64,000 bases of DNA from Fibrobacteria bacterium (GTDB lineage Bacteria > Fibrobacterota > Fibrobacteria > UBA11236): NCBI GenBank assembly GCA_043732185.1, contig JAYTHY010000059.1, positions 1 through 64,000 on the forward strand. The letters run 5' to 3'. A model generated the notes under the pieces. It did not search any database, had not been told where the DNA came from, and saw only the letters and a program-made list of their open reading frames with translations. Below, in pieces: positions 8,567 to 19,014 of this stretch; positions within the stretch are counted from its first letter, which is position 1, and each line of letters opens with the position of its first letter. The position numbers were made by a program, and so were the translations under genes.

Positions 8567-9973
8567 ATGCTGCGATCGACACTATTCAAAAAGGTCAAAG
8601 ACATCTTAACCGAACCCCAAATCGGGACGGAAGTATTGGTGCAAGGCTGGGTGAGAACCAAGCGGGAATCGAAGGCCGGTTTTGCATTTTTGGAAGTCAA
8701 CGACGGGTCGTATTTCCAAAATCTTCAGGTAGTGATTCCGGGAGAATTGTCCAATTATACGAGTGAGGTGCCCAAGCTTTTTTCGGGTACTTCCGTATTG
8801 ATTCGCGGTCACATAGTCGCTTCGCAAGGTGGGAAGCAAAGTGTGGAAGTTAAAGCCGTGGAAGTTGCCTTGTTGGGACCATGTGATCCGCTGGTTTATC
8901 CCATCGGCAAGCAAAAAATGTCCTATGAATATTTGCGGGATTATACGCATCTACGCTCCCGCACCAATACCTTTTCCGCTATCGCCCGGGTTCGCAATGT
9001 TCTGTCCATGGCCATCCATCAGTTTTTCCAGCAGCGCGATTTCCTGTGGCTGCATACGCCCATCATCACGGGCAATGATGCAGAGGGTGCCGGGAAGATG
9101 TTTCGGGTGACCACGCTCGATCTGGAGAAGCTGCCCCGCAGGGAGGAAGGCGGCATCGACTTCTCGCAGGATTTTTTTGGGAGTAGCGTCAACCTTACGG
9201 TTAGCGGTCAATTAGAGGCAGAAGCGTATGCCTGCAGCATGGGCAACGTGTACACATTTGGCCCTACTTTCCGAGCCGAAAATTCGCATACCTCCCGGCA
9301 TCTGGCCGAATTTTGGATGGTGGAACCGGAAATGGCCTTTGCAGATTTAGAAGATGATGCCAACTTGGCTGAAGACTTTCTCAAATATTTGCTCAAAGCC
9401 GTGCTGGAAAAGTGTCCCTTGGAGATGGAGTTTTTTAAGCAGAGAGTAGAGCCGGGTATCATGGATACCCTCAAATCCGTTCTAGATAACCCCTTCAAAC
9501 GTCAGACCTATACTGAAGCCGTAGAGGTACTGAAATCGAGCGGTGAAACATTTAAGTATCCTGTGGAATGGGGCATCGATTTGCAATCGGAACACGAGCG
9601 CTATTTAACGGAAAAAGTCTATCATGCCCCCGTTATTTTGACGGACTATCCAAAAGGCATCAAAGCATTTTATATGAAGGTCAATTCGGATGGGAAGACG
9701 GTGCGGGCCATGGATGTGCTGGTTCCCGGCATCGGTGAAATCATCGGTGGCGCGCAGCGCGAGGATAGGGAAGAGGTGCTCATTGAACGGCTTCACGAGA
9801 TGGGCATGCATGAGGCTCCGCTGCAATGGTACATGGATCTAAGGCGTTTTGGTAGCGTTCCCCATGCGGGTTTTGGATTGGGCTTTGAACGCCTGGTGCA
9901 ATTTGTAACCGGAATGGGCAATATTCGCGACGTGATTCCCTTTCCCCGCACGCCGGGATCGATTCGAATTTAG
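8567..9973 (+). CDS. asnS: Asparagine--tRNA ligase
   Basis: GWVRTKR OB fold, LTVSGQL, FGPTFRAENS, HLAEFWMVEPE, WGIDLQSEHER, GLGFER. Confidence 0.97.
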   Translation: MLRSTLFKKVKDILTEPQIGTEVLVQGWVRTKRESKAGFAFLEVNDGSYFQNLQVVIPGELSNYTSEVPKLFSGTSVLIRGHIVASQGGKQSVEVKAVEVALLGPCDPLVYPIGKQKMSYEYLRDYTHLRSRTNTFSAIARVRNVLSMAIHQFFQQRDFLWLHTPIITGNDAEGAGKMFRVTTLDLEKLPRREEGGIDFSQDFFGSSVNLTVSGQLEAEAYACSMGNVYTFGPTFRAENSHTSRHLAEFWMVEPEMAFADLEDDANLAEDFLKYLLKAVLEKCPLEMEFFKQRVEPGIMDTLKSVLDNPFKRQTYTEAVEVLKSSGETFKYPVEWGIDLQSEHERYLTEKVYHAPVILTDYPKGIKAFYMKVNSDGKTVRAMDVLVPGIGEIIGGAQREDREEVLIERLHEMGMHEAPLQWYMDLRRFGSVPHAGFGLGFERLVQFVTGMGNIRDVIPFPRTPGSIRI

Positions 9974-10046
9974 GAATGCCGAAATTTTACCTAGGTTCGA
10001 AGGATTAATACAATCCAATTTGCCCACATAAAACTATACTGTTGCC

Positions 10047-11519
10047 ATGATAATTTTAGGCATAGATTTGGGTACTTCCGGCGTTAAGGCTGTGCTGGTA
10101 GATGAGTCCCAAAACATCATCGATCAAGCCACTGCTCCTTTAAATGTTTCCCGTCCTCAGCCCCTTTGGTCCGAACAGGATCCGGAGGAATGGATCAAGG
10201 CCACGGATTTGGCCATCAAAATGTTGCGGGAATCCCGTCCACGTGAATTCGCGACTGTCACAGGCATTGGTCTTTCCGGCCAAATGCATGGAGCCGTCCT
10301 TCTCGGTAAGGGAGACCGTGTCCTACGGCCTGCTATACTTTGGAACGATGGTCGCAGCGGGGAGGAATGCGCGGAGCTGGAAAGGCGCGTGCCTCAAAGC
10401 CGAAAAATTACCGGCAACCTTGCCATGCCGGGTTTCACTGCGCCCAAATTGATGTGGGTGGCCAAACACGAGCCTGAAATTTTTAAACAGGTTGAAAAAG
10501 TTTTACTTCCCAAGGACTTCTTGCGCCTGCGAATTACCGGTGACTATGCATCAGAAATGTCCGATGCTGCCGGAACTTTATGGCTTGACGTAGGCCGTCG
10601 GGCTTGGTCGGAAGAAATGCTCAGCGGCACGGGACTTAAATTATCGACGATGCCGAAATTATACGAGGGTTCACAAGCGACCGGAACCTTGCGCAAAGAT
10701 GTGGCCGCTGCCTGGGGACTTTCCCCTTCCGTTAAAGTAGCCGGCGGCGCAGGCGACAATGCGGCGGGTGCGGCCGGCATGGGCGTGGTTCGACCCGGTG
10801 AAGCGTTTCTCTCACTAGGCACCTCCGGAGTCTATTTCGTATCCGCTTCGGAATATTCCGCCAATCCAGAAGGAGCCGTTCACACGTTCTGCCATTGCCT
10901 ACCTGGGGTCTGGCATCAAATGTCCGTGATCCTTAGCGCAGCCAGCTGCCTGAGCTGGGCCGTGCAAGTCACCGGAGCTGCAGACGAAGTTTCTTTGCTG
11001 GCCGAAGCCGAAGCCTGCCAACCCGGTGATTCGATTCCGATTTTCCTACCGTATCTTTCGGGTGAACGGACGCCACACAATAATCCCATGGCCAAGGGCG
11101 TCTTTTTCGGCATGACGCATGCCACAACGCGCGGGGCCCTTGGACGAGCTGTGCTGGAAGGCGTTGCCTTTGCCTTTAGGGATGGACAACATGCGCTGAG
11201 CGATGCGCGCGCAAACATTAAGGAAGTGAGTGTGATAGGCGGAGGAGCCCGGAGTGGTCTTTGGGGCGAAATTTTGGCTTCTACATTGGCAAGGCCTCTC
11301 CTTTATCGGAAGGGCGGTGAATTGGGACCGGCTTTTGGAGCTGCGCGTCTAGGCCGATTGGCCATAACCGGCGAGTCCCCGGAAGCGGTATGTACCGCAC
11401 CTGCTATTGACCATGTGGTTGAACCCAACGCGAACTGGGCGGAGATATATTCCCGGAAGATCGCCATCTATCGTAGTTTGTATCGTGACCTGAAGCCGCA
11501 TTTCGCGGCTCAGATTTGA
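10047..11519 (+). CDS. xylB: Xylulokinase
   Basis: [43 protein letters not shown]; adjacent to xylA. Confidence 0.95.
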   Translation: MIILGIDLGTSGVKAVLVDESQNIIDQATAPLNVSRPQPLWSEQDPEEWIKATDLAIKMLRESRPREFATVTGIGLSGQMHGAVLLGKGDRVLRPAILWNDGRSGEECAELERRVPQSRKITGNLAMPGFTAPKLMWVAKHEPEIFKQVEKVLLPKDFLRLRITGDYASEMSDAAGTLWLDVGRRAWSEEMLSGTGLKLSTMPKLYEGSQATGTLRKDVAAAWGLSPSVKVAGGAGDNAAGAAGMGVVRPGEAFLSLGTSGVYFVSASEYSANPEGAVHTFCHCLPGVWHQMSVILSAASCLSWAVQVTGAADEVSLLAEAEACQPGDSIPIFLPYLSGERTPHNNPMAKGVFFGMTHATTRGALGRAVLEGVAFAFRDGQHALSDARANIKEVSVIGGGARSGLWGEILASTLARPLLYRKGGELGPAFGAARLGRLAITGESPEAVCTAPAIDHVVEPNANWAEIYSRKIAIYRSLYRDLKPHFAAQI

Positions 11520-11535
11520 AGGAAAGGATTTTTTA

Positions 11536-12852
11536 ATGGCTGACACTAATTTCGAACGCATCCCGAAAATTCGCTTTGAAGGGCCGGATTCTGAGAATCC
11601 ACTAGCCTTCAGGTATTACGAGCCCAATCGCATGGTACTGGGCAAGCGCATGGAAGATCAATTGCGCTGCGCCGTTTGTTATTGGCATACCTTTGCCGGT
11701 GATGGCTCGGATGTGTTCGGTGCGGGAACTTTTGCGCGTTCATGGCATCAAATATCCGATCCCTTGGAAGCGGCTTTGGCCAAACAGCAGGCCGCATTCG
11801 CTTTCTTTGAAAAGTTGGGCGCGCCCTTTTACACTTTCCACGATCGTGACATGTCTCCTGAACAATCTACACTGAAGGCCAGCCATGATATGCTGGACCG
11901 TTTGGTGGCAGGTGCAGAAAAGGAAATGGCCAGAACCGGCACCAAATTGCTGTGGGGAACTGCCAATCTATTCAGCCATCCCCGCTATATGAGCGGAGCG
12001 GCCACCAATCCGGATCCGGAAGTGTTTGCGTATGCCGCATCCCAGGTTCGAAAAATGATGGACGTCACCTTGCAATTAAAAGGTGAGAACTATGTCCTTT
12101 GGGGCGGCCGCGAAGGTTATGAAACCTTGCTCAACACCGATATGCGCCGGGAATCGGAACAATTGGGCCGCTTCCTCTCCATGGTCGCGGAGCATAAACA
12201 TAAAATTGGTTTCAAAGGTTTGTTGCTGATCGAGCCCAAGCCCAAGGAACCGACCAAGCATCAATACGATTTCGATACAGCTACTGTATACGCTTTCCTC
12301 CAACGCTACGGCTTGGAAAAAGAATTCAAGGTCAATATCGAAAACAACCATGCCACCCTTGCTGGTCATAGCTTCCAGCATGAAGTGGCCTATGCCTTGG
12401 CCAATGGACTTTTCGGTAGCTTAGATATTAATCGCGGTGATGTTTTACTGGGCTGGGATACCGATCAATTCCCGAATGATCCTTTGGAAACCGCACAGGT
12501 ACTGTTCACACTCATGCAGGGCGGCGGCTTTACCTCCGGTGGCATGAATTTCGACGCAAAATTGCGCCGACAGAGTGTGGATATTGAAGACCTATTCCAC
12601 GCACATATCGGTGGAATGGACGTTTTGGCCCGTGGGCTGCTCATCGCTGAAAAGATGATCAACGACAAGGCTTTGGGAAACCGCGTGGAACAACGCTATG
12701 CGGGTTGGAAGGAAAGCATGGGAACGCAAATTCTGCAGGGTAAGCTGACTTTGGCTGAATTGTCCGACTTGGCTTTGGCCAAGGGTCTCGATCCCAAGCC
12801 CCGTTCCGGTCGTCAAGAAAGTCTGGAAAATCTGGCCAATCGGTATATCTAA
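11536..12852 (+). CDS. xylA: Xylose isomerase (class II)
   Basis: [38 protein letters not shown]. Confidence 0.97.
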   Translation: MADTNFERIPKIRFEGPDSENPLAFRYYEPNRMVLGKRMEDQLRCAVCYWHTFAGDGSDVFGAGTFARSWHQISDPLEAALAKQQAAFAFFEKLGAPFYTFHDRDMSPEQSTLKASHDMLDRLVAGAEKEMARTGTKLLWGTANLFSHPRYMSGAATNPDPEVFAYAASQVRKMMDVTLQLKGENYVLWGGREGYETLLNTDMRRESEQLGRFLSMVAEHKHKIGFKGLLLIEPKPKEPTKHQYDFDTATVYAFLQRYGLEKEFKVNIENNHATLAGHSFQHEVAYALANGLFGSLDINRGDVLLGWDTDQFPNDPLETAQVLFTLMQGGGFTSGGMNFDAKLRRQSVDIEDLFHAHIGGMDVLARGLLIAEKMINDKALGNRVEQRYAGWKESMGTQILQGKLTLAELSDLALAKGLDPKPRSGRQESLENLANRYI

Positions 12853-12911
12853 GATTGCCTGTAGCACCATAGTTGCAGGTGAGTTAAAAATCCACCGAGC
12901 AGCTTTTTTTC

Positions 12912-12940
12912 GGCTCCGCAGTCATGCGGGGCCTTTTTTT
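12912..12940 (+). terminator. Rho-independent terminator after xylA
   Basis: GGCTCCGCA-GTCA-TGCGGGGCC followed by T7. Confidence 0.8.
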
Positions 12941-12944
12941 GCTT

Positions 12945-15332
12945 TTAGATTTTCGTGCGTTCTTCCAGATAACCAATAATCATTGGCATAAATAAAAGCG
13001 GTGCCAATAAGCTCATCCCCAGTCCAATTAAGGCAGTTTGTCCCAGTGACGCCAAACCTCGGTGCTGAGAAAAAGCCAATGCCAAAAATCCTGCCATGCC
13101 TACAAAAGTGGCTACTGCCGTTGTTTCACCCGTACGTCGCAGGACAAAACGTAGTGAGCCGCGTCCTTCCTCCTGATAACGATGATAGAGGTGCACGCCG
13201 TTATTGATTCCAAAGGCCAACATCGCTGGGAAAGCCACCAGATTGTACCAGCTTAATTTGATCCCAAATATTTTGAGCAAACCCAATGTCCAGAGTAAAC
13301 TGAAAAGTAAAGGGAGCACTAATACGGCAGTACCCCTGAAAGATTTCACGTGGATAAAAACCAAAAAAGAAATGGTGAGTATGGCCAGAATTAAGGCTCG
13401 TTGGCTATCGGGAATGATTAGGCCCAATAAATCGGCCTGAACGACAGGAAGCCCCGAGGCCCGGAATTCTTGGCCGCTAGCCGTTTTGATATTTCGGACA
13501 TCCTCGGCAAACGCAATATTATTCCAGCCGGAACGAAGATTCACGGAAGGGAAGATGAAAGTAAATTGGCCGGATAAGGAATCGCGCCCTAGAAATTTCT
13601 TTTTATAGGTTTCGGGCAAATCCAACGGTGTCAGCGCTCGTTTTTCCCATGAATTGCGCAACTTTTCCAAATTCGTGCGCAAGGGCTCAGGGGCATTGTC
13701 CACTAAGGCTGGAGTAACCGCTTTTCGGATTTTATTGATGATGATAAGTTTTTCTTCCTGGTCAGCAGGAAGCAAATCGGTCATGGTCATTACGGATTGG
13801 ATAGTGGGCGTTAAGGTATCGGCGCGCATGTGGGCACGTACTGCGTCCGCTACCTGTTGCGCTTCCTCATAATTTTTAGTCAATACTACCGCGGGTGGAA
13901 CAATGGCTTCCCCGGCTGCCTGGATTAAACTATCCGCTTCCAGATTGCTATTGGGAAAAGTCAATTTGTCGAAGTTGAATTGAAACCCAACCTGAATTCC
14001 GCGGTGTAAAGTAACCAACGTGATCAACAATACAGCCACTATATGCCATCGCCAGTGCCCATATTTTCGGCTGCGGAACAAATTGAAATTGTACATGCGA
14101 CTCCCCAATACTGGCAACAATCCGTAAGGTTCGACCAGAATGAGAATGCATGGAAAAACCACAAGTACGGCCACCAATGTGCATAGCAGGCCGATGCCCG
14201 CCATCCACCCAAATTGTGCAAATCCTTTGAAGTCCGTTATCATCAAGGTTAAAAAAGCCGAGGCGCAAACCAGCACCCCCGTAGTTATCGCGGGCCCCGT
14301 TTCCAGGATAATGGTTTCGAAAGCAACATCCGCGCTGAAATTCTTCCGGCGTTCTTCACGATAGCGCGCCAAAAGCTGGACGACTGATTCGAGTCCAATT
14401 CCTACAAGTAACAGGCTTAACGGCGCAGTGATTAGGCTTAAGTAACCGACCCATGCGGAGGTCAAGGCCAGAGTCCAGATTCCGGCCATAGTCAAGGGAA
14501 TGATGGCCAAGAGAACACCGAAGGGAATGCGGATGAAGTAGAGCAAGAGCAATAGACCGGTTAGAAGCAGGGAGCGTTTGGCTGAATCGATGATTTGGGA
14601 GTAAAGCCTCCCTTCGTTTTGAATATTTCTCATCATATCACCGGTTAAAAGCACTTCCGGTTTGCCCAAACCATTTTCCCGCAATTGCTGAAGGACTGTT
14701 TTTACGTCCTTGTGAAAGGCTCTACAACGTACGATGTCGTTGATGTCGAATTTTGGATAGACGCGGAGCACCATGGTTTTGCCATTAGGCGTGCCAAGGT
14801 ATTCCTGCAGACGCGAAAAATATTTATGCTCCAGATCTTCAAAACTGGTGGCTTCAATGGAGCTTTCTCTTTCGTCCTCGTCCAAAAGATCCAGAATGAG
14901 GGGGTTGCGCTTTTTCTTACTCAGCCAAAATCCGGTTTCAATCCGTTTGTCGATTTCTTGCAAATCCTTTAAAGAGATGTACAACAGTTTATGGGCCTTG
15001 TAGAATTCGGCTTCAGTGCGGTACTCGAGGAAGTTAAGATCTGGATGTTTGGCCAAATGGTCGGCCAGAAACCGGATGCTGGCTAGATTCGCGGCTGAGT
15101 CGTCGGAATGGATAACAATGGCAAGATGGCCCAATCCCCCAAATTTCTTTCCGATTTGTTCCCATAATTTAATGCTTTCAAATTTTTCAGGAAGCAAATC
15201 CGACATCGACATGCGAATTTGTAGTTGCTTGATGGGGAAGAGGGCGCCGATCGTAATGAAAAAAGCAACTAGCAAAACTGTGCGTGGTCGCGCATGCAGG
15301 TGGTGGAATAGTTTGCAGAGGTAGGTAAACAT
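12945..15332 (-). CDS. MMPL/RND family transporter (HpnN-like lipid exporter)
   Basis: Two repeats of TM + periplasmic loop + TM bundle; GIG..VQLLARYREE, HLYHRYQEE. Start placed at MFTYL because the longer ORF-track start overlaps the divergent gene. Confidence 0.85.
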   Translation of the reverse strand: MFTYLCKLFHHLHARPRTVLLVAFFITIGALFPIKQLQIRMSMSDLLPEKFESIKLWEQIGKKFGGLGHLAIVIHSDDSAANLASIRFLADHLAKHPDLNFLEYRTEAEFYKAHKLLYISLKDLQEIDKRIETGFWLSKKKRNPLILDLLDEDERESSIEATSFEDLEHKYFSRLQEYLGTPNGKTMVLRVYPKFDINDIVRCRAFHKDVKTVLQQLRENGLGKPEVLLTGDMMRNIQNEGRLYSQIIDSAKRSLLLTGLLLLLYFIRIPFGVLLAIIPLTMAGIWTLALTSAWVGYLSLITAPLSLLLVGIGLESVVQLLARYREERRKNFSADVAFETIILETGPAITTGVLVCASAFLTLMITDFKGFAQFGWMAGIGLLCTLVAVLVVFPCILILVEPYGLLPVLGSRMYNFNLFRSRKYGHWRWHIVAVLLITLVTLHRGIQVGFQFNFDKLTFPNSNLEADSLIQAAGEAIVPPAVVLTKNYEEAQQVADAVRAHMRADTLTPTIQSVMTMTDLLPADQEEKLIIINKIRKAVTPALVDNAPEPLRTNLEKLRNSWEKRALTPLDLPETYKKKFLGRDSLSGQFTFIFPSVNLRSGWNNIAFAEDVRNIKTASGQEFRASGLPVVQADLLGLIIPDSQRALILAILTISFLVFIHVKSFRGTAVLVLPLLFSLLWTLGLLKIFGIKLSWYNLVAFPAMLAFGINNGVHLYHRYQEEGRGSLRFVLRRTGETTAVATFVGMAGFLALAFSQHRGLASLGQTALIGLGMSLLAPLLFMPMIIGYLEERTKI

Positions 15333-15425
15333 CCGTGGGGGTATGCCTGCGCTTAATTTAGCATAAATACCGGCGTGTAACCGTACTTCCAGTTGCGGAT
15401 TACTTTGATAAATTGAAAGCTGGGG

Positions 15426-16286
15426 ATGGGACCGGCCTTGGCTAGAAAAAGCATACACTTATTCGACTTGGACGATACTTTGATCACCACTTCAGCTCGA
15501 ATTTGGGTCGTCGACGGAGATGGAAAACCCATAAAGTCGTTGCTACCTGCCGAATTTACTGGCTACCGTCCGAAAATGGACGAAGCCTTCGACTTCCATG
15601 AATTTTCGGATTTGGGCATTCTATCCCGTGGTATTGTCGTTAAATACACCAAATCCATCATCGATGCTATTTTGAAGCATGGCACTCGCAGTTATTTTGG
15701 CATACTCACAGCCCGCCCAGAAAAAAATTTACACGCCGCTTTTTTGATTCGACTTTTCCGTTCTCTGTTCGGCATCCAACTGGCAAAGGAGCATATCTTC
15801 GCTGTTTCGGACGAGCGATTCGCGGCCTATAAAGACAAGTCTTTTCAGGATTTCGGGTCCGATCCAAGCCTACCTTCAGGACGTTTTTCTTCACTTTCTG
15901 TGGCACAACGGAAGGCCTTAGTCATTGCCCAGGATCTGGTTGGGCGAGGCTTTAACGACATTTCCTTCTACGACGACAGCAGGGAAAACCTGAACAGTTT
16001 CAAGGTTCTGGTGGAAGCCTATCCCCATGTGGTTTACAAACCACATTTTATCGATCCCACTTGGGCGCACCGTCTTGCTGAATTTTGGGAATCCAATATT
16101 GAAAGCAAATTACTAATCCGTGGGGCTGGCTCCGTTCGCATACTGCTTGAACATCACGCTTTTGTAGATCAAAATTTGGAGGAAGCGCTCAGTACACTGC
16201 AAAATGGAACGGCCATTCCATTGAATACCTACCCCATTTTTTTGGTTTTTGAAAACGGAAAGTATTTTTTACGGCGTCACCGTTGA
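15426..16286 (+). CDS. HAD-superfamily phosphatase-like protein
   Basis: Motif I FDLDDTL, motif II ILTAR, candidate motif III Lys (QRK), motif IV FYDDS. Confidence 0.75.
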   Translation: MGPALARKSIHLFDLDDTLITTSARIWVVDGDGKPIKSLLPAEFTGYRPKMDEAFDFHEFSDLGILSRGIVVKYTKSIIDAILKHGTRSYFGILTARPEKNLHAAFLIRLFRSLFGIQLAKEHIFAVSDERFAAYKDKSFQDFGSDPSLPSGRFSSLSVAQRKALVIAQDLVGRGFNDISFYDDSRENLNSFKVLVEAYPHVVYKPHFIDPTWAHRLAEFWESNIESKLLIRGAGSVRILLEHHAFVDQNLEEALSTLQNGTAIPLNTYPIFLVFENGKYFLRRHR

Positions 16287-16321
16287 AGTTTCACTAAAAG
16301 TGATGGCACGAGAGAATTGTG

Positions 16322-17227
16322 TTAAGTAGAGGTCATTTTATAAGCAATGCGTTGTGCAACGCCCGTTACCAATCCTATAGCCAGATATGCCGTGGCAAGT
16401 GCCGCCAGGGATAAGGTATGCATTCGTTTTCCCGGAATTCGCGTATGGAACTCCAAGAAATTTTTTAGTCTGAATAGGCAACTTGGTAGGCTAAAGAGTT
16501 GACCTTGCCTTCCAAAAAACAATCCTTGGTTATACACATGATCCAAAAAAAAGTGTTTTCGAAAATGCGGTGCCCGACAGCCACCTTCCACTACCTTCAA
16601 GTGAAAAATACGAATGCGTGGATCCGCCACAATTCGCTGGCCTGCAGCCCGTATACGCAATGCGAAATCAATTTCTTCACCTTGTGAGGCGCCCCGAAAG
16701 GATGCGCAAAAAAAAGGGGGTGCAGGCAAGCAAGCTCTTGGGATCAGTACCAGTCCTCCAGGAAAAAAGGCTACATCTCCCGTACAAGCCCGAGTGAAAT
16801 TGGTTCGAATTTCCCCGGTTTTTAAATCAACAAATCCAGGTGTCGGTATGCTCTCAACCTTGTCTTCCTGGTCGACGATGCCGGTCAGAACACAATTCGG
16901 GTTTTCGTCCGCCAGCTGCTTGAAGTTGGCAAGGAGCAAGGGATCCGGGACGATATCATCGTCCAGAAAAACAATTCGATCCCAGCGTGCCGCGGCAATG
17001 CCGAGATTGCGGGCCTTAGTCAGGGAAGGAGTAGACTGGTGAATAAGCCGAAACCGGACATTTCTCATGTCTGCAGGTGGAACCAGGGGTGGAGTATTCT
17101 GATCCACTAGGATCAGTTCATCCTCCGTTTCCATTTGCAATAGCAAATCGGACACCGTATTCCATAGCGCCTGATTCCGCATATAAGTGGGAATGATTAT
17201 GGAAAGAGGGCGTGTCACTTTAACCAT
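16322..17227 (-). CDS. Glycosyltransferase family 2
   Basis: SIIIPTYMR, ARNLG, FLDDD, GEEIDF. Confidence 0.9.
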   Translation of the reverse strand: MVKVTRPLSIIIPTYMRNQALWNTVSDLLLQMETEDELILVDQNTPPLVPPADMRNVRFRLIHQSTPSLTKARNLGIAAARWDRIVFLDDDIVPDPLLLANFKQLADENPNCVLTGIVDQEDKVESIPTPGFVDLKTGEIRTNFTRACTGDVAFFPGGLVLIPRACLPAPPFFCASFRGASQGEEIDFALRIRAAGQRIVADPRIRIFHLKVVEGGCRAPHFRKHFFLDHVYNQGLFFGRQGQLFSLPSCLFRLKNFLEFHTRIPGKRMHTLSLAALATAYLAIGLVTGVAQRIAYKMTST

Positions 17228-18870
17228 AAGCTGGACTGGCGTGCAGTGATGCTTTTCCGTTTAAATCGAAAGTTGCCTTCTAAGAGGAGGTTCGAGTCCG
17301 CAGGCACGAAAGTGGATGTAAGAACGTGACAGTGGCCTTGGATTTGGCCCAATGCAAAAGTGGGATCTGAGGATGGGCTTAGGCGGATAACCAAATCGTT
17401 GGTGGGCTGAGCCTTACACGTGAATTTCCCTAGGGATTGCGTGCGACCCTCCATTAAATAACGGAAGCCGACTTGACTGCTTTGGAAACTTTCTTGACCT
17501 GGATTTATACGAAGCGTCAACCAGGAACTGTCGAGTGGATTCTGATTCTGGATTTCAAATTCTTCCGGGTTTACGTTCATATAATTGACGGAAAAGTAAT
17601 AGCGCAAGGTATCCATTCCCAAAATGATATGGGCATAACTTGCTTGATCAAATCTTTCTAGGGGATGCTCCGCGTATCGACTGGCGTCGACCTTAGTCAT
17701 ATACAGCTGCGTTGATAAAAGTAAAACTCCGGTTGCAACCGGGATCAGTTTCAAGGTTTTTGGAATTGTGGTATCCACTTTGAATTTGGTCCCGCTTACC
17801 CCTGTTCCCGACATAATTAATAAACCGTTGTCGATACTCCAGGATTGGAATCTCGGCAAGCTCGCCATATTAGTTTGGGTCAAAATGGTGTGGTCTTCGC
17901 CAAACTCCAAATCAAAAAATCGCCCAAAGTGATTTACCAATCGAGTTCCTGGATCCAGCATGCTATCGGTACGCACATGGCCCAAGAACGGGTGCAGATC
18001 CAAATCGAATCGATGCGGTCGACTAGTTCTGGTATAGGTATCAAAACCGGAGTCCGGTTTGCCCGATACGAGCGGCCATACCCGCAAAGTATCCTTGGTA
18101 ATGAGGTCGACAAAAAATTCACGACTGCCAATTGCGTTGGTCCAAGTCCATTTTCTACCTGAGCGTGACAGCTTTTCGGCATCCGTCCTGAATACTCCGT
18201 TGCTGTGTTGATCGCGAAAAATGGAATCCGATTTTATTCTGAGGTATGAGAAATCCCGGGTCAAGGGTTCTATAAGCAAAGACTCTTGGTTCACTCTATG
18301 GCTTTTGAGCAGCCATAAACTGTCTCTCAAGAGGGAATCCTGCGCCACCGAATCCAAAAATCCATGCTTATGGAAAAAAGTGGACCGTTGATCGAATGGG
18401 TGATCGAGTTCCAAGTAATTCCCAAGAAAACGAAGTTTGACCAGAAAGGTGTCGGCTAGCACGGATGCTGTGGGTAAAGAGCGCGTTGCTGCTTCAATAA
18501 ATAATGTATCGGCCTTAAGGTGAAAGCGAGCGGAAATTTTTCCTGAGAAGGCGATATTTTGGGTATCCAATGCCAACAAGGTGGTGTCCGAAAACAGTTC
18601 TAGTTGGATCCCACGGTCACGTAAAAGCGTAGACTTGGTGTCGAACACCGTATAGGTGGAATCAACGTCCCAGCGGCCTTCCAGAGCAGCGAAAGTTGTG
18701 GGTACGATTTTAGCCAACTTTTTTCGGGCATCGTCTTCCGGGTTTTCCAGGCTGAGCGAGCAATGCGTAAGATAAAGCCCAATCATACCTAGGCTAAGTA
18801 GCCATAGGCCGTGAGACCGTAGTTGGGAACGGAAGGTTGAGCGTGTATGCATGTAGTCCAATTTTATCAT
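17215..18870 (-). CDS. Hypothetical lipoprotein, beta-rich, possibly tandem lipocalin-like domains
   Basis: Hydrophobic stretch ending in LTHC; LEGRW-type repeat starts; overlaps the GT2 start. Confidence 0.6.
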   Translation of the reverse strand: MIKLDYMHTRSTFRSQLRSHGLWLLSLGMIGLYLTHCSLSLENPEDDARKKLAKIVPTTFAALEGRWDVDSTYTVFDTKSTLLRDRGIQLELFSDTTLLALDTQNIAFSGKISARFHLKADTLFIEAATRSLPTASVLADTFLVKLRFLGNYLELDHPFDQRSTFFHKHGFLDSVAQDSLLRDSLWLLKSHRVNQESLLIEPLTRDFSYLRIKSDSIFRDQHSNGVFRTDAEKLSRSGRKWTWTNAIGSREFFVDLITKDTLRVWPLVSGKPDSGFDTYTRTSRPHRFDLDLHPFLGHVRTDSMLDPGTRLVNHFGRFFDLEFGEDHTILTQTNMASLPRFQSWSIDNGLLIMSGTGVSGTKFKVDTTIPKTLKLIPVATGVLLLSTQLYMTKVDASRYAEHPLERFDQASYAHIILGMDTLRYYFSVNYMNVNPEEFEIQNQNPLDSSWLTLRINPGQESFQSSQVGFRYLMEGRTQSLGKFTCKAQPTNDLVIRLSPSSDPTFALGQIQGHCHVLTSTFVPADSNLLLEGNFRFKRKSITARQSSLWLK

Positions 18871-18913
18871 TAGTTAGTTGGAACCTACCCAAGATTTCTT
18901 ACTTTTCAACCTT

Positions 18914-18950
18914 CCCTGACTATCGGAATCGAGCCCCTGACCATCGGAAT
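18914..18950. repeat. 16-bp direct repeat with a 21-bp period in a divergent promoter region
   Basis: CCCTGACTATCGGAAT (18914) and CCCTGACCATCGGAAT (18935), 15/16 identical. Confidence 0.8.
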
Positions 18951-19014
18951 AGGGTCCTTGGCCAGTAGTACTGCCGCTACCCAGCAGGGCAAAATGCCCA
19001 ATCGGAAGATGAGA

